From the IMG/VR virus record IMGVR_UViG_3300044675_003531, positions 1-52,773 of that record: a DNA stretch of 52,773 nt; one strand, 5' to 3'. The notes below the pieces were generated by a model. It did not search any database, was not told the origin of the DNA, and saw only the letters and a program-made list of their open reading frames with translations. Every line of letters begins with the position of its first letter. The stretch's first letter is position 1. Origin of the DNA: a virus (taxonomy: Duplodnaviria > Caudoviricetes). Both the position numbers and the translations under genes were made by a program. This document shows positions 20,629 to 30,219 of this stretch, one piece after another.

Positions 20629-21214
20629 TGCTGGACACCGTCGTAACCTTCACAGAGTTCCGCCCGGGTTCGATGGTGAAGCCCCACGGAGTGTTGGACT
20701 CGCCGAACTCGTTGCTCGCCCACCGTTCGATGAACGTCTCTGGAAGTTTAGATACCAGCACCGACTCGACGGTCTTGACCGACTCGGGTGCGTTCAACTT
20801 GGCCCACGCCACGGCAAGTTGTTGGTTGTCAACAACTACCTTGGGCTTGACCTCACGGAACGCGACCTGTCCCCACGGGCAGGTGTAGGTCTTGGTCCGG
20901 AACGTGCCATCCGGCTTGCGTGGAAGCAGGCCCTCGGCCACGTCGCTGGCACTCCGTTCGTAGCGTGCCTTGAGCCACTCCACGCGGCGGTTCTTCAGGG
21001 CCAGCATCTTCTCCACGTTCGCGACAACAGCCTGCAACCGCTTGGTCTCGGCCAGCACGTCAGCCTCGGCACTGCTCAAACGGTTGAGGTAGGCCAGCAG
21101 TTCCTCCTCTGTCTCCAGAGCGCGGTCCGGCAAGGTGCTGTTGGCTGGACCGGCATACTCGCCGGTCTCTGTGTCGAACAGGTCATCCCCGATACGTTCA
21201 ATTGGCATTGCCAT
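20621..21214 (-). CDS. Mu Gam-like / Gp157-like DNA end-protecting protein
   Basis: Coiled coil followed by KTYTCPWGQVAFRE; adjacent to the annealase; GGAGAAGGAG RBS before the ATG at 21214. Confidence 0.6.
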   Translation of the reverse strand: MAMPIERIGDDLFDTETGEYAGPANSTLPDRALETEEELLAYLNRLSSAEADVLAETKRLQAVVANVEKMLALKNRRVEWLKARYERSASDVAEGLLPRKPDGTFRTKTYTCPWGQVAFREVKPKVVVDNQQLAVAWAKLNAPESVKTVESVLVSKLPETFIERWASNEFGESNTPWGFTIEPGRNSVKVTTVSSSE

Positions 21215-21824
21215 TCTCCTTCTCCAACTGTTGCAGGACGGCCTCGTACTCACTTGCAGGCACGTCGTACAGGGCCTTGGTGGCCTCTGTCAGATTCTCC
21301 ACCGTTCGCTCTGCGTTGTTGGTCAGCAGTGAGAACACCTCCTTGATGCGGGCACTGTCAGCATCCGGTTCGTGATGCTTGACCGCCGCACCAAACGCAA
21401 CGCCGGACCCCTTGATGTCAAGGACCTGCGGGCGTGGTGGGGTGGCACGCTTGAGTTCCACCGGAGCATCCACGATGCGCGGGTTGGCCACGCCATCGAC
21501 GACCTCGTCGAATTCGGGAGCGAACTGGGTTCCGTAGCCCAAGATACCCAAGGCGCGACCGATGGCCCCGGTCTCAGCCTTCTCCAAGTAGTCTGCGAAC
21601 CCTTTCGCATCCTCCATCTTGGTGCCTTCAGCAACGACCCTGCCTGTCGCATCGGTGATGGTTGCCTTGACGACGGCATACCTCTTCTCGATGCTGTGTT
21701 CGACAATCTGCGTGCTGATACCCCAGTCTGGATGTTCCTGTCGGAACCAGACCAGCCGCCACTTAACCTCGAGGTAGTCCTTACCCTTGAGGCTCATGAG
21801 TTTTTCGTTCGGATTGAACGCCAT
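21198..21824 (-). CDS. Single-strand annealing protein (Rad52/Sak-like)
   Basis: KGKDYLEVKWRLVWFR...VKATI...EKAETGAIGRALGILGYG motifs. Confidence 0.7.
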   Translation of the reverse strand: MAFNPNEKLMSLKGKDYLEVKWRLVWFRQEHPDWGISTQIVEHSIEKRYAVVKATITDATGRVVAEGTKMEDAKGFADYLEKAETGAIGRALGILGYGTQFAPEFDEVVDGVANPRIVDAPVELKRATPPRPQVLDIKGSGVAFGAAVKHHEPDADSARIKEVFSLLTNNAERTVENLTEATKALYDVPASEYEAVLQQLEKENGNAN

Positions 21825-21873
21825 ATCGATTCTCCTTCAAACGGTATGACCCAGCCCTTGCGGGCCGGGTCGT

Positions 21874-21884
21874 CCAGTGTATCA
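21874..21884 (-). promoter_or_regulatory. Extended -10 promoter (TGATACACTGG)
   Basis: TGn-TACACT; the same motif recurs at 24269, 25951 and 28139; followed by a 5'-UTR hairpin and RBS. Confidence 0.55.
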
Positions 21885-22586
21885 CTCGCTACTAAGTCTC
21901 GCGAGGAAGTCCTCCTCTGCGTCCTGTCGGTGCGCAGGGTTCATGTCTACGATGCCCATCAGCGGGCAGAGTTTCCGGTCCACGTACAGGACGGGATACT
22001 CCGCAGCCAGCCGCAGGATGCAGTGCGCCTCAATGATGCAGTCGCCGACCAGCCGCTCGACATCGTGCCCGAGTTCCAGTAGGTCCTCAATCACCCCGTT
22101 GATGCTGCTGCCAGCAACCGGGACCGTGAGGTCGGTGTTGGGGATAGGCCGCTCGATGATGCCTGTGTCTGGGTCACGGGCGATGTAGAGCCATCCGTTG
22201 CGGACAGGTGCAGGCAGGCCGTTCGGAAACGCTAGTGCGTTCGTTGGGCTATGCGTTGAACACTCGAGTGCGACGACCTTGTTGCCGTTGTAGCGGATGC
22301 ACCGCCACGACTCAATCAGTTCGTAGACAGAGATGCCTTCGATGTTCAGGTCGTTGAGGTCCACCGCCGTGTCCAGTTTCCCGGATTCTTTCATGCGCTG
22401 GATGTCAGCGCGGAACCCCTCCGGACTGTCTGCCACGATGATGTAGACCCACGGGCCGACACGCTCGGTGATGCATCCGCCCGGGCTGTTCTTCGGCTTG
22501 CCGATGTAGACCTTGTCGGTGGCCGACTGGCTGAACACATAGTCCCAGCAGTCCACTTCGAGTTCAGGTACGTTGATTGATGCCAT
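21882..22586 (-). CDS. Hypothetical protein
   Basis: 234-aa ORF in a tightly packed operon; GGAGG RBS. Confidence 0.6.
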   Translation of the reverse strand: MASINVPELEVDCWDYVFSQSATDKVYIGKPKNSPGGCITERVGPWVYIIVADSPEGFRADIQRMKESGKLDTAVDLNDLNIEGISVYELIESWRCIRYNGNKVVALECSTHSPTNALAFPNGLPAPVRNGWLYIARDPDTGIIERPIPNTDLTVPVAGSSINGVIEDLLELGHDVERLVGDCIIEAHCILRLAAEYPVLYVDRKLCPLMGIVDMNPAHRQDAEEDFLARLSSE

Positions 22587-22980
22587 GCCAAACCTCCATC
22601 TGTTGCAGAACTTTGTCGATGCGGTCCACTCGGCTCTGCCTCCCGAGTGTCGCCTCCGCTCGCCGAACCTCGTGCAGTGCCTCTGCCACCGTTCGGACGA
22701 TAGTTGTGATGTGTGCGTCGGCCAGCGACTGCTGGACCGGGGTGACCGCCGTCTTAGGTCCCTTGAGTTCGAGGCCCACGGCCATGCCGAACCAGTCAGG
22801 GTGATGGACGTAGATGTCCGGCAGGCCGGGAGTGTTGCCCTGCCATCCGGTGGCGTACGTCTTGGCCCCGCAGGCTCGGCAGGTGACCTTGCTCCTACTC
22901 TTCCCGCTCTCCATCGCTACATAGCCAAGGGAAGCGATGGCGGTTGTTATCGCCTTCTGTAGTTCCGCCTCCGGTTTCAT
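22564..22980 (-). CDS. VRR-NUC (PD-(D/E)XK) nuclease
   Basis: EAELQKAI...PGLPDI...GLELKGPKTAVTPVQ, with a CxxC insert. Confidence 0.8.
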   Translation of the reverse strand: MKPEAELQKAITTAIASLGYVAMESGKSRSKVTCRACGAKTYATGWQGNTPGLPDIYVHHPDWFGMAVGLELKGPKTAVTPVQQSLADAHITTIVRTVAEALHEVRRAEATLGRQSRVDRIDKVLQQMEVWHGINQRT

Positions 22981-23597
22981 CCTTCGCAAGGACGTGCCTC
23001 ATCACCAGTATCACCGCCAACAACAGGCTCACGAACCCCGCCAGCCTTCGCACGTTTTGCTTCACCGTGTACCTCCCGCCATAAGTATTTCGAGATGTAT
23101 GACGGCCATCCCGTGCCGGATTGTTGGACCGCTCGGGACCATTGCGAGAACGTAGAAGACCGCAGGCACAGGCTGAACAGCCTGCTGTGCAGTAGGTCGG
23201 TGTATGCCAGCCGATAGGCAGGCAGGGCATCCTGCGACACGTCAGGCAGGCGGGCCTCCGAGAGTTCGGCCTGCGTGTGCGTCCGTCGGTACAAGTACTT
23301 GGTCAGTGCGCCGTCCTCCCATTCCGCGTGCATCATAACGATGCGGGGCATGGTGCCGTTCATGATTGTGCAGATGGCTCCCGGGCCACGGCGATGCGCC
23401 CGGCTTAGGTAGTACATCACCTGCGTGACACGGGCGGTTCCGATGCCTCGGACCACGAGGTCCTTGGCTGCTGCCATCGCGGAGTCCAGCGCAGCATCCG
23501 CACCGGAACGGTCAGGAGACCAGACGCTGTGCGTCCGGCCTCCCATGGTTGTCTCCGTCTGCCATACACGGCTAAGGCCGCCGCTGTAGCCCTTCAC
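22977..23597 (-). CDS. Hypothetical protein
   Basis: 206-aa ORF with 4-bp overlaps with both neighbours. Confidence 0.55.
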   Translation of the reverse strand: MKGYSGGLSRVWQTETTMGGRTHSVWSPDRSGADAALDSAMAAAKDLVVRGIGTARVTQVMYYLSRAHRRGPGAICTIMNGTMPRIVMMHAEWEDGALTKYLYRRTHTQAELSEARLPDVSQDALPAYRLAYTDLLHSRLFSLCLRSSTFSQWSRAVQQSGTGWPSYISKYLWREVHGEAKRAKAGGVREPVVGGDTGDEARPCEG

Positions 23598-23839
23598 AGG
23601 CCGAGTTCCCGCAGGTGCTGGGACACAACCCTGTAGTTGCGGTCGCCTTCCCGGGTTTCGATGTCAGCGCGGATGGCCTTCTTCTGGTCAGCCCACGCCT
23701 GCTCTTCAGCCACCAGCCTCTTGCGGAGCGCGTTGACTTCGTTCTTCTGCATCACGCCGATGGTGAAGAATGCGATACCGGCGAGGCATATGATGATGCC
23801 TATTTGTGCGTCTGGGTTGTTGATGAATTTCTTAAGCAT
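23594..23839 (-). CDS. Small membrane-anchored protein
   Basis: IGIIICLAGIAFFTIGVM transmembrane segment followed by a coiled coil. Confidence 0.55.
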   Translation of the reverse strand: MLKKFINNPDAQIGIIICLAGIAFFTIGVMQKNEVNALRKRLVAEEQAWADQKKAIRADIETREGDRNYRVVSQHLRELGL

Positions 23840-24251
23840 TTTCGTGTTCCTTGTCTCTCCACGAGTCCAGTGAAATGTCAGCCTCTGGCTCCTCTGAAAC
23901 ATCCTCGCTGACGGCCGCCTCAATCCTTGCGATGAACGATGGGATGTCCACCGCCCCTGTGTGGAACGCGTCGTAGGTTCCTTCCCAGAGCGTCTCCGTC
24001 AGGATAGCCTCGGTATTGTCCTCCGCCCATGACGGGGAGAACGGGTCGCCCGAGTTGTTGTGGAGCCGTTCGACCTTGGCGGTGAAGGTTGCCCGGCCGT
24101 ACTGGACCCGGGCGGTAAACGTCACCCGCAACCGTGAGCCGTTGCAGACGCAGTGGGCATGGCGCGTGGCTTCGGTGAGCGTGGTGAACCGGACGATGCT
24201 GGATGCGACCGCCGCCGAGTTGGCGATGTCGCAGATGTCATTTACTTGCAT
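23832..24251 (-). CDS. Hypothetical protein
   Basis: GAGGAG RBS; lies downstream of the promoter motif. Confidence 0.6.
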   Translation of the reverse strand: MQVNDICDIANSAAVASSIVRFTTLTEATRHAHCVCNGSRLRVTFTARVQYGRATFTAKVERLHNNSGDPFSPSWAEDNTEAILTETLWEGTYDAFHTGAVDIPSFIARIEAAVSEDVSEEPEADISLDSWRDKEHENA

Positions 24252-24268
24252 GATGTCAAACTCCTCTG

Positions 24269-24282
24269 TGGCCCAGTGTATC
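24269..24282 (-). promoter_or_regulatory. Promoter motif GATACACTGGGCCA
   Basis: Repeated -10-like element. Confidence 0.5.
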
Positions 24283-24305
24283 GCACTGGCACGGTGTGGC
24301 CCAGC

Positions 24306-24695
24306 CTATCGGCCGGGGATTGGTTTCAAAGTAACCGAGGAACCTTGCTCGGTCCGTCCGTCTGAAATGTTTACAGAGCAGAAATTTCCGGGGTGATTGT
24401 CGGACACGTCAAAGATGCGGACGGTGTGCTTGCCAACCGTGTAGGTGTGGAAGTGTGAATCAAAGCGGTCCGTCCCGATGAACGTAACATTCTCGGACTT
24501 GGTGAGGTCGAGGCCGACGAGGTCCGCGCCTTGGCGCAGGTAGTGCAGCCGGTATGCCTTGCGGGCGATACGGGAGGCCGTAGCGGCCACGTTGCGGCCC
24601 GCTGGGGTCATAGGTGTCTGCGGTTCGGACTTCAGCCAACCGTACTGGGACGTGCTGTTGTAGCGGATAACAACGCCAATGGTTCTGAATTTCAT
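24306..24695 (-). CDS. Hypothetical early protein
   Basis: GGAGA RBS before the ATG at 24695. Confidence 0.6.
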   Translation of the reverse strand: MKFRTIGVVIRYNSTSQYGWLKSEPQTPMTPAGRNVAATASRIARKAYRLHYLRQGADLVGLDLTKSENVTFIGTDRFDSHFHTYTVGKHTVRIFDVSDNHPGNFCSVNISDGRTEQGSSVTLKPIPGR

Positions 24696-24754
24696 AGGTA
24701 TCTCCGTGAGGGTAAAAGTGTCCCGGTGTTTCGCCCCGCCGGGAAGGCACGGGG

Positions 24755-25156
24755 TCACAGGATGCGGGTCAGGGACCGGCAACCGACAACGTTCCCAGCG
24801 TCGTCCCGGATAAGGTCCCCGGGAACCAGCACATCCATCCGGCCCCGGATGCTGGGGTGGCTGGCCACCACGCTGGACACGATGTAGGCGACCTGCCCGC
24901 TGTGTGACTGGGCGGTTTCAGGCAGGGTGCATTCCTCTGTCTGTCGGACCCACTCGCCATCCTTGGACAGGATGCCGTCTGTCACAACGCGCTCGGCCTT
25001 GGAGCCGACCACGAGGACGTGCTGGCCGCAGACGAACAGGGACCCCACCGGCTCGGAAGCGGTGCGGACCCGGGCGATGCCGACGCTCGGGATGACGATG
25101 TCGGACGGGCCGATGATGGTGATGCTGTGAGGGGTCAGGTTGATAAGTGTTGTCAT
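24755..25156 (-). CDS. Conserved phage hypothetical protein (NLTPH...YIVS...RDDAGNVVGC family)
   Basis: Recognisable motif set of a widespread uncharacterised phage family; AAGGAG RBS. Confidence 0.7.
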   Translation of the reverse strand: MTTLINLTPHSITIIGPSDIVIPSVGIARVRTASEPVGSLFVCGQHVLVVGSKAERVVTDGILSKDGEWVRQTEECTLPETAQSHSGQVAYIVSSVVASHPSIRGRMDVLVPGDLIRDDAGNVVGCRSLTRIL

Positions 25157-25200
25157 GTTCATACTCCTTGAATAGCCGCAGGGCGGCAGTGTGTGACGGT

Positions 25201-25395
25201 TCAGCGGGCTTGTTCGTAACCGTCGAACCAGCGGCCCAGACGCTTGGTGCGGGCCTTACCTGCGGCCTTGGTGCAGGTGCTGGAAGATGTCTCCGGGTCA
25301 GAGCAGTGGGCCTTGGCCTGCTCGAGGGTCAGCCCGGTGGCGATGGTGCGGCGGCGGATGTTGGCCGACTCGTAGAAGCGGATGATGTGATACAT
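25201..25395 (-). CDS. Small conserved phage protein (GLTLEQAKAHCSDPETSS...WFDGY)
   Basis: Motif recalled from small phage early proteins; GGAGA RBS. Confidence 0.7.
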   Translation of the reverse strand: MYHIIRFYESANIRRRTIATGLTLEQAKAHCSDPETSSSTCTKAAGKARTKRLGRWFDGYEQAR

Positions 25396-25448
25396 GGTGA
25401 AATCTCCAAAGTGTCTGGCCCGGGCGGTGAACCCGGGCCGGGGTGATG

Positions 25449-25886
25449 TCAAACCTCGATGTCGTACTTGCGGCCAGCGTCCGCGACAGCCTTTTGCCAT
25501 ATCGGCTCGAACCACGCCTCAAGGCCCGTCCGGTCAGCCTCGGTGTCGGTGCGTGTGGACCAGTCAGATACCACGTCCGGGCCATCGTTCCCGTACACGA
25601 GGGATAGGGTCAGGAAGGTCATCGCGGTCCTGCCCTCCGGGTTGTCTACGGTTGCGAATGTCTCGGCCGGGAAGGAGAACATCAAATCCTGCACCTCAGT
25701 GTCGTGCATCCGGGCCTTGACCTCGTACCAGTCAGCCACCTTGCGGAACGAGTCCTCTTCGTCGCGGAGGGAAATCTTTGCGCGCTTGGCAAGTGCGGCG
25801 TATACAATCTGCCGCACCACAAAGTGTTCGGCGCGGACGCGGGTCTGGATGTCTGGGTGAAGGCCCAGAAGTTCGGAAGATGTCAT
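25449..25886 (-). CDS. Hypothetical early protein (LVYGNDGPDVVSDW motif)
   Basis: GGAGAC RBS; the motif recurs in small phage proteins. Confidence 0.65.
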   Translation of the reverse strand: MTSSELLGLHPDIQTRVRAEHFVVRQIVYAALAKRAKISLRDEEDSFRKVADWYEVKARMHDTEVQDLMFSFPAETFATVDNPEGRTAMTFLTLSLVYGNDGPDVVSDWSTRTDTEADRTGLEAWFEPIWQKAVADAGRKYDIEV

Positions 25887-25950
25887 GGTGTAAGTCTCCG
25901 GCCCGTCAGGGCTGGGGGTCAGTGCCCCGGCCGTGAGGCCGAGGCGGGAG

Positions 25951-25971
25951 CAACGATGGCCCAGTGTATCA
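25951..25971 (-). promoter_or_regulatory. Extended -10 promoter TGATACACTGGGCCATCGTTG
   Basis: Near-identical to 28139-28159. Confidence 0.6.
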
Positions 25972-26391
25972 CGACCGGGCGGGGCTATCAGGTGCCTCAA
26001 GCATCCCGTACCAGCCATCTGGGTCCAGAGCGGCCTGCACGGCGGCGACGTGTCCCTCGGCTACCATCCGGGCGTGCGCCCCCCAGTGTGGAGCGGACAG
26101 GACCGCGAGGGCATATGGCATCGTGTCGGCCGCGTACCATTGGCGGGCCAGCGCGTCGTAGTGTTCGACGACATCCTCCTGCACGGGGTCCAGCACGCCG
26201 TCGGGGATATCGCACGGAGCGTCAAACTCGGTCAGTTCGTCGTTCTGGCATACCAGCGTCTTGGGGCCGATGGCCACAACGATGCGGTCGGGCTTGGTCG
26301 TCGTGAGTATGAGCCACACGTCGTAGTTGGTTGTGAGGGCGGCCATGCGTTCGGCCTGTGCGACGTAGGGGGTGCGGCGGGTTATCCACAT
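25969..26391 (-). CDS. Hypothetical early protein
   Basis: AAGGAGAC RBS before the ATG at 26391. Confidence 0.6.
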   Translation of the reverse strand: MWITRRTPYVAQAERMAALTTNYDVWLILTTTKPDRIVVAIGPKTLVCQNDELTEFDAPCDIPDGVLDPVQEDVVEHYDALARQWYAADTMPYALAVLSAPHWGAHARMVAEGHVAAVQAALDPDGWYGMLEAPDSPARS

Positions 26392-26447
26392 GATGGTTGT
26401 CTCCTTGGGGGTCAGTGCCCCCGGGGTGTCCGGGGGCTGGGGGGGTG

Positions 26448-26783
26448 TCAGAGTGCGGCGGCCTTGACGCGGATGTCGAGGCGGGCGGATGTCAGGAACG
26501 GCGGCAGGCCGGACGTTCCGGCGGCGAACCCGCGAGTGGTCCGCGCCCAGTTGTTCAGATACTCCCACGCCGCGAACTCGGACCGCACCGCGAGGTACCG
26601 GCGGGCACCGCTTGCGCGGTTCAGGGTCAGGGCGTAGCGGCCATCCGGCAGGGCGGCGGCCTCGGCCCATGTCCACTCGTTGCGGCGGGTGTGGAACACG
26701 GCCACGCCGATGCGATGCTGGCCAGCGGCCGTGAAGGACTCGTCTGTCTGGAACAGCCGGGCGGGCTTGCGGTAGGTTGTCAT
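26448..26783 (-). CDS. Hypothetical early protein
   Basis: AAGGAGAC RBS. Confidence 0.65.
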   Translation of the reverse strand: MTTYRKPARLFQTDESFTAAGQHRIGVAVFHTRRNEWTWAEAAALPDGRYALTLNRASGARRYLAVRSEFAAWEYLNNWARTTRGFAAGTSGLPPFLTSARLDIRVKAAAL

Positions 26784-26918
26784 GTCAGGTGTCTCCTTGG
26801 GGCGTTGCCCCGGGGTATGTGGCCCGCGTTCGGTCGGGCCGTTCGTGATGCAGCAGCACGGGGCTGCGGGGCTGCGGGGCGGGGAACTGGCATCGCCAGC
26901 CCCCAGTGCAGGCCGGGG

Positions 26919-28076
26919 TCAGGCCGCCTCTTGGGCGACCTCCTCCCACTTTGTCGGGCGGCTGAAGAATCCGAACCCGGGTTCCTTGGGTTCAACCGTG
27001 GCGGTGAACCGGACCGGGGTGCCAGCCTCGGGTGCAACCGCCGAACTTGGCAGGGAACCGTACAGGCGGAACCCGTCGCATTGCACCAGCACCTTGGTCG
27101 TCCAGCCCCACTGGGTCTCGATGGACTTCGTGTTCAGGACCTGCCCGGTGATGGCACGGCGGCCATCCTGCGGGGTGACCAGCGGCGCGTCGGTCTTGGG
27201 GGCCGAGGTGGCCTTGCGCCATGCCCCGACAAAGTAGGCCACGCCCCGGCGGTCCAGCCAGCCATCGGCCTCCCAGCGTTCCATGATGCCCGGGGCATCG
27301 GCCATGGCCTCGCGGATGCTGGCCAGCACGGACCAGTCAGCGGCAGGCAGGGCCGACTCCAGCAGTTGGTCCGCGACCTTGGCCGCCTCCCAGACGATGC
27401 GCCATGTGGCGTTGGAGTTGGGGTTGCCATCGGGACCCTTGCTGGCCACGTAGGGCTGGCCATCCATCGATGCCAGCGCACGCAGGACCGTTTCGAGGCG
27501 GACCCACTTTGGCTCGTACCATCCGCCGCCGCCGCACTCGTCAGGGTCCCCGGTGCGGGACATGATGGCCGTTGCCTCGGCGAGGCTGGCCAGCGCAGAG
27601 CGCAGGGCGTTGGGGACATACTTGGCAACGCACGCGCCGCCGACTTGCAGGGCGTTGCCCATGCGGTCCCCGAGTATGACCGTGGTGTAGCGGGTGCGGT
27701 TCAAGCCGCAGGACTCGCAGGCGGTGTGGGTGTCCGGGAGCATGGCCATGATGGCGGCGGCCTCTGCGGCCGTGGTGCTAGGGCGGACCCACGACACCAA
27801 GGTGGCCTCGCGCTCGCCGAGGTACCGCCACCCAGCGGTCAGGTCGATGTCGGGTATGCCGACGGTGACGGGGACCACGGCCACGGTCCAGCGGGCGACG
27901 GGGACCTGCTCGAACCGGCCGCGTGCGCCCTCCTGCATCTCATAACGGGTGACGCGCAGGGGTTGCTCTTCACCGACGGTGATGGTCAGGCCGGGGATGC
28001 CTGCGGCGGCGCGGCGGAGCAGGGCCTGCACGCGGGTCAAGTTGTCGGGGGTGACTTTGTAGGTTGTCTCGGTCAT
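26919..28076 (-). CDS. Zn-binding (CESC...QVGGAC) plus C-terminal OB-fold-like protein
   Basis: Cys cluster; C-terminal beta-rich GRRAITGQVL...QWG...GTPVRFTATV...FSRPTK. Confidence 0.65.
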   Translation of the reverse strand: MTETTYKVTPDNLTRVQALLRRAAAGIPGLTITVGEEQPLRVTRYEMQEGARGRFEQVPVARWTVAVVPVTVGIPDIDLTAGWRYLGEREATLVSWVRPSTTAAEAAAIMAMLPDTHTACESCGLNRTRYTTVILGDRMGNALQVGGACVAKYVPNALRSALASLAEATAIMSRTGDPDECGGGGWYEPKWVRLETVLRALASMDGQPYVASKGPDGNPNSNATWRIVWEAAKVADQLLESALPAADWSVLASIREAMADAPGIMERWEADGWLDRRGVAYFVGAWRKATSAPKTDAPLVTPQDGRRAITGQVLNTKSIETQWGWTTKVLVQCDGFRLYGSLPSSAVAPEAGTPVRFTATVEPKEPGFGFFSRPTKWEEVAQEAA

Positions 28077-28138
28077 GGTCAGTGTCTCGGGGCTTGCGGC
28101 CCGGGGGGTCAGTGCCCCAGCAGAGCCGGGGCGTGGTG

Positions 28139-28159
28139 CAACGATGGCCCAGTCTACCA
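28139..28159 (-). promoter_or_regulatory. Extended -10 promoter TGGTAGACTGGGCCATCGTTG
   Basis: TGn-TAGACT with a shared downstream sequence. Confidence 0.6.
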
Positions 28160-28190
28160 TCAGGCGGACCGGGCTGGCCAGTTCGGCGGG

Positions 28191-28436
28191 TCAGACTTGC
28201 TCTGGGTCCCAGACCTCGCGGCATCCGGGGTTCGCACATCGGAGTTCGCCGGTTTGATGCCCGTCGGTTCCGACGGCGTGCGGCACTGGGCCGTCGCAAG
28301 CGCAGAACGGGCAGGGCCAGCCCCAGATGCGCTGGGAGGCGGTGCGGCGGCTCTTGGGTGCGGAGTGGGCCGCGACGCAGGCGGCGGTGTAGGTGCGATA
28401 GGTGCGGCCGGTGGCCGAACGGCGGGTTTCAAGCAT
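28191..28436 (-). CDS. Small zinc-finger protein
   Basis: CPFC...CANPGC; GAGGAG RBS. Confidence 0.6.
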   Translation of the reverse strand: MLETRRSATGRTYRTYTAACVAAHSAPKSRRTASQRIWGWPCPFCACDGPVPHAVGTDGHQTGELRCANPGCREVWDPEQV

Positions 28437-28492
28437 GAGAATTCTCCTCGGGAAGAAAGGCCCCGGCGGGCGGCCGGGGCAGGGTCAGCGGG

Positions 28493-29023
28493 TCAGAACT
28501 TGCGGCGGGCCGAGAAGCCCAGCGATGCGCCGCGATACTTGGGAGCCAGCGCGGTGTCGGTCAGCCCCGGCGGCAGGACGGGCCGCTGTTCGAGTTCGCC
28601 GGTCAGCGACATGGCCCCGACATCGTGGCGGTAGCCATCGCGGTACCGGGGGGCCAGCCGAACGGTCAGCCGATACTCGAGTTGGACCCCGTCAGGGGTG
28701 GCCGAGGTCCACTCCAACTGCCAGTGGATGGACCGGAGCGGGAGGGTGCTGGTTTCGATGGGCCCGTCGCCGGATGCGACGCTGGCGGCGGCCTTGGCGG
28801 TCATGTCGTCGATGCTCTCGGGTTGCGCCCAGATGACTCCGGAGTATCCGGCCCGCTTGGGTGTCACGCCCTCCGGCAGGGCGACCGTCGCGAAGAAGTG
28901 CCGGGCCTCGGTCATGGCCAGCAGGATGCGCTCTGGGGTCAGCAGGCGGCGCAGAACGGTCAGAGCGGACGCAGGTGCGGCCACGCCGCCAAACTTGCTA
29001 TCGTGGGTGTCGATGTCGAACAT
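28493..29023 (-). CDS. Hypothetical early protein
   Basis: GGAGAC RBS within the repeat element. Confidence 0.65.
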   Translation of the reverse strand: MFDIDTHDSKFGGVAAPASALTVLRRLLTPERILLAMTEARHFFATVALPEGVTPKRAGYSGVIWAQPESIDDMTAKAAASVASGDGPIETSTLPLRSIHWQLEWTSATPDGVQLEYRLTVRLAPRYRDGYRHDVGAMSLTGELEQRPVLPPGLTDTALAPKYRGASLGFSARRKF

Positions 29024-29119
29024 AGTGGGTTGTCTCCAGCCCGGTCAGGGGCGGGGGTCAGTGCCCCGGCAGGACCGGGGCGGGGGCGGCGGGAACTGGC
29101 ATCGGCCAGCGGGCGGGGC

Positions 29120-29452
29120 CTACTCGGCCACGATGTCGTCAAGCAGGACCGTGTCGGTCCCGCCGTCAGGGTTGGTGGCAGCCCGGGGGGCGACCAGAGC
29201 ATCGGCAATGCCACGGGCCACGGTGGACCGGACCAGCGGATGCAGCCGGTATCCCTCGAGAATGGCCTGCCCGTGGTACCGGGAACCGTCAAGGGCCGAG
29301 ATGGCCACGCGGCCGAACCGGCCATCAAGGGGGCCGTGCGGGTCCCGCAGGTTCTGATTGACGGCCTTGGTCACGAGGCCAGCAACGCGGGAGGCATCAG
29401 GGGTGCGGCCGGTCAGGTCGCCCCGGTCGTTGTGAACATAGAACATCGGCAT
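29120..29452 (-). CDS. Hypothetical early protein
   Basis: GGAGAC RBS before the ATG at 29452. Confidence 0.6.
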   Translation of the reverse strand: MPMFYVHNDRGDLTGRTPDASRVAGLVTKAVNQNLRDPHGPLDGRFGRVAISALDGSRYHGQAILEGYRLHPLVRSTVARGIADALVAPRAATNPDGGTDTVLLDDIVAE

Positions 29453-29525
29453 GGTGCGTGTCTCCAGCCCCCGGCGGGGGCGGTGGGGTAGGTGCCCGGG
29501 GCTGGCCGGGCGGGGTTGACTGATA

Positions 29526-29590
29526 GGGCTTGCCATCATCAGATGCTGGGGGGCCACCCCAGACACGACCCCCGGGCGGGGGTTTCGGCA
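29526..29590 (-). ncRNA. Type II hammerhead ribozyme (HH1)
   Basis: UGCC-GAAA-CCCCC(GCCC)GGGGG-UC^GUGUCUGGGG(UGGCC)CCCCAGCAU-CUGAUGA-U-GGCA-AGCCC; predicted cleavage between 29567 and 29566. Confidence 0.85.
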
Positions 29591-29592
29591 GG

Positions 29593-29823
29593 TCAGCGAT
29601 AGAAGCGGGTCAGGGCCTCGGTCGTGGCCTTGGAACTGGCATCGGCCCGGGTGGAGAGTTCGGAGCCGATGTAGGTCAGGACCCAGACGGTCGCGACCAG
29701 CGAACCGTACCAGCCCCAGTGCCCCTTGACGTGGAGCAGGATGCTGACCGTGGTGAGCAGGTGAACGATGGCCACCGTCAGGGCGGCGTGCAGAGTGTTG
29801 TCGGAAATACGGGTGATGCGCAT
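29593..29823 (-). CDS. Small two-TM membrane protein
   Basis: Two hydrophobic helices; repeat element upstream. Confidence 0.6.
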   Translation of the reverse strand: MRITRISDNTLHAALTVAIVHLLTTVSILLHVKGHWGWYGSLVATVWVLTYIGSELSTRADASSKATTEALTRFYR

Positions 29824-29901
29824 GGCAGATGTCTCGGGGCCGGATGGCCCGGGGTCAGTGCCCCGGGGTGAACCGGGGCGGGAGGGGCGAGGTGCGGCAG
29901 G

Positions 29902-30219
29902 TCAGGCCTGCGGGGTGGAGGTGTCCACGATGGCCCAGCCCTCGGCGGCGGCCGCGTCGAATGAGCGGACGGCTGCCACCACGGTGCGATACAGGGCGCG
30001 GGGGTGGAGTTGGACCGCCGAGAGGGTGATGGCGGCGAGGTCCTGCCCGCCGTGGCGGAGGGTCAGCGTCACCGGCGGGAGGGCCGGGCCGGTCCAGCGG
30101 ACGGTGGAGGAGCGCAAGACCTGATTGACGCGGAACGCAACCGCGCTCGGCAAGTTTTGGGTGACATAGGATGTTGCGCCGTCGAAGGACGCGATGCGGA
30201 CGGTGAACGGGTTCAGCAT
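29902..30219 (-). CDS. Hypothetical early protein
   Basis: GGAGACTCCGCATC-ATG start. Confidence 0.6.
   Translation of the reverse strand: MLNPFTVRIASFDGATSYVTQNLPSAVAFRVNQVLRSSTVRWTGPALPPVTLTLRHGGQDLAAITLSAVQLHPRALYRTVVAAVRSFDAAAAEGWAIVDTSTPQA

Noticed and set aside
24721-24745. GCGAAAC within an intergenic hairpin
   Set aside because: No CUGANGA nearby; it is an ordinary hairpin of the cassette type.
27484-27552. CTGACGA...GAAACGGTC hammerhead-like words on the - strand
   Set aside because: They lie inside a CDS; stem III has a 1-nt loop and stem I does not pair next to the core.
26397-28634. 745-aa + strand ORF and other long + strand ORFs in 20-31 kb
   Set aside because: These are shadow frames of GC-rich - strand genes. 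They have low-complexity G/A/R products and no RBS, whereas the - strand ORFs have RBSs and recognisable motifs.
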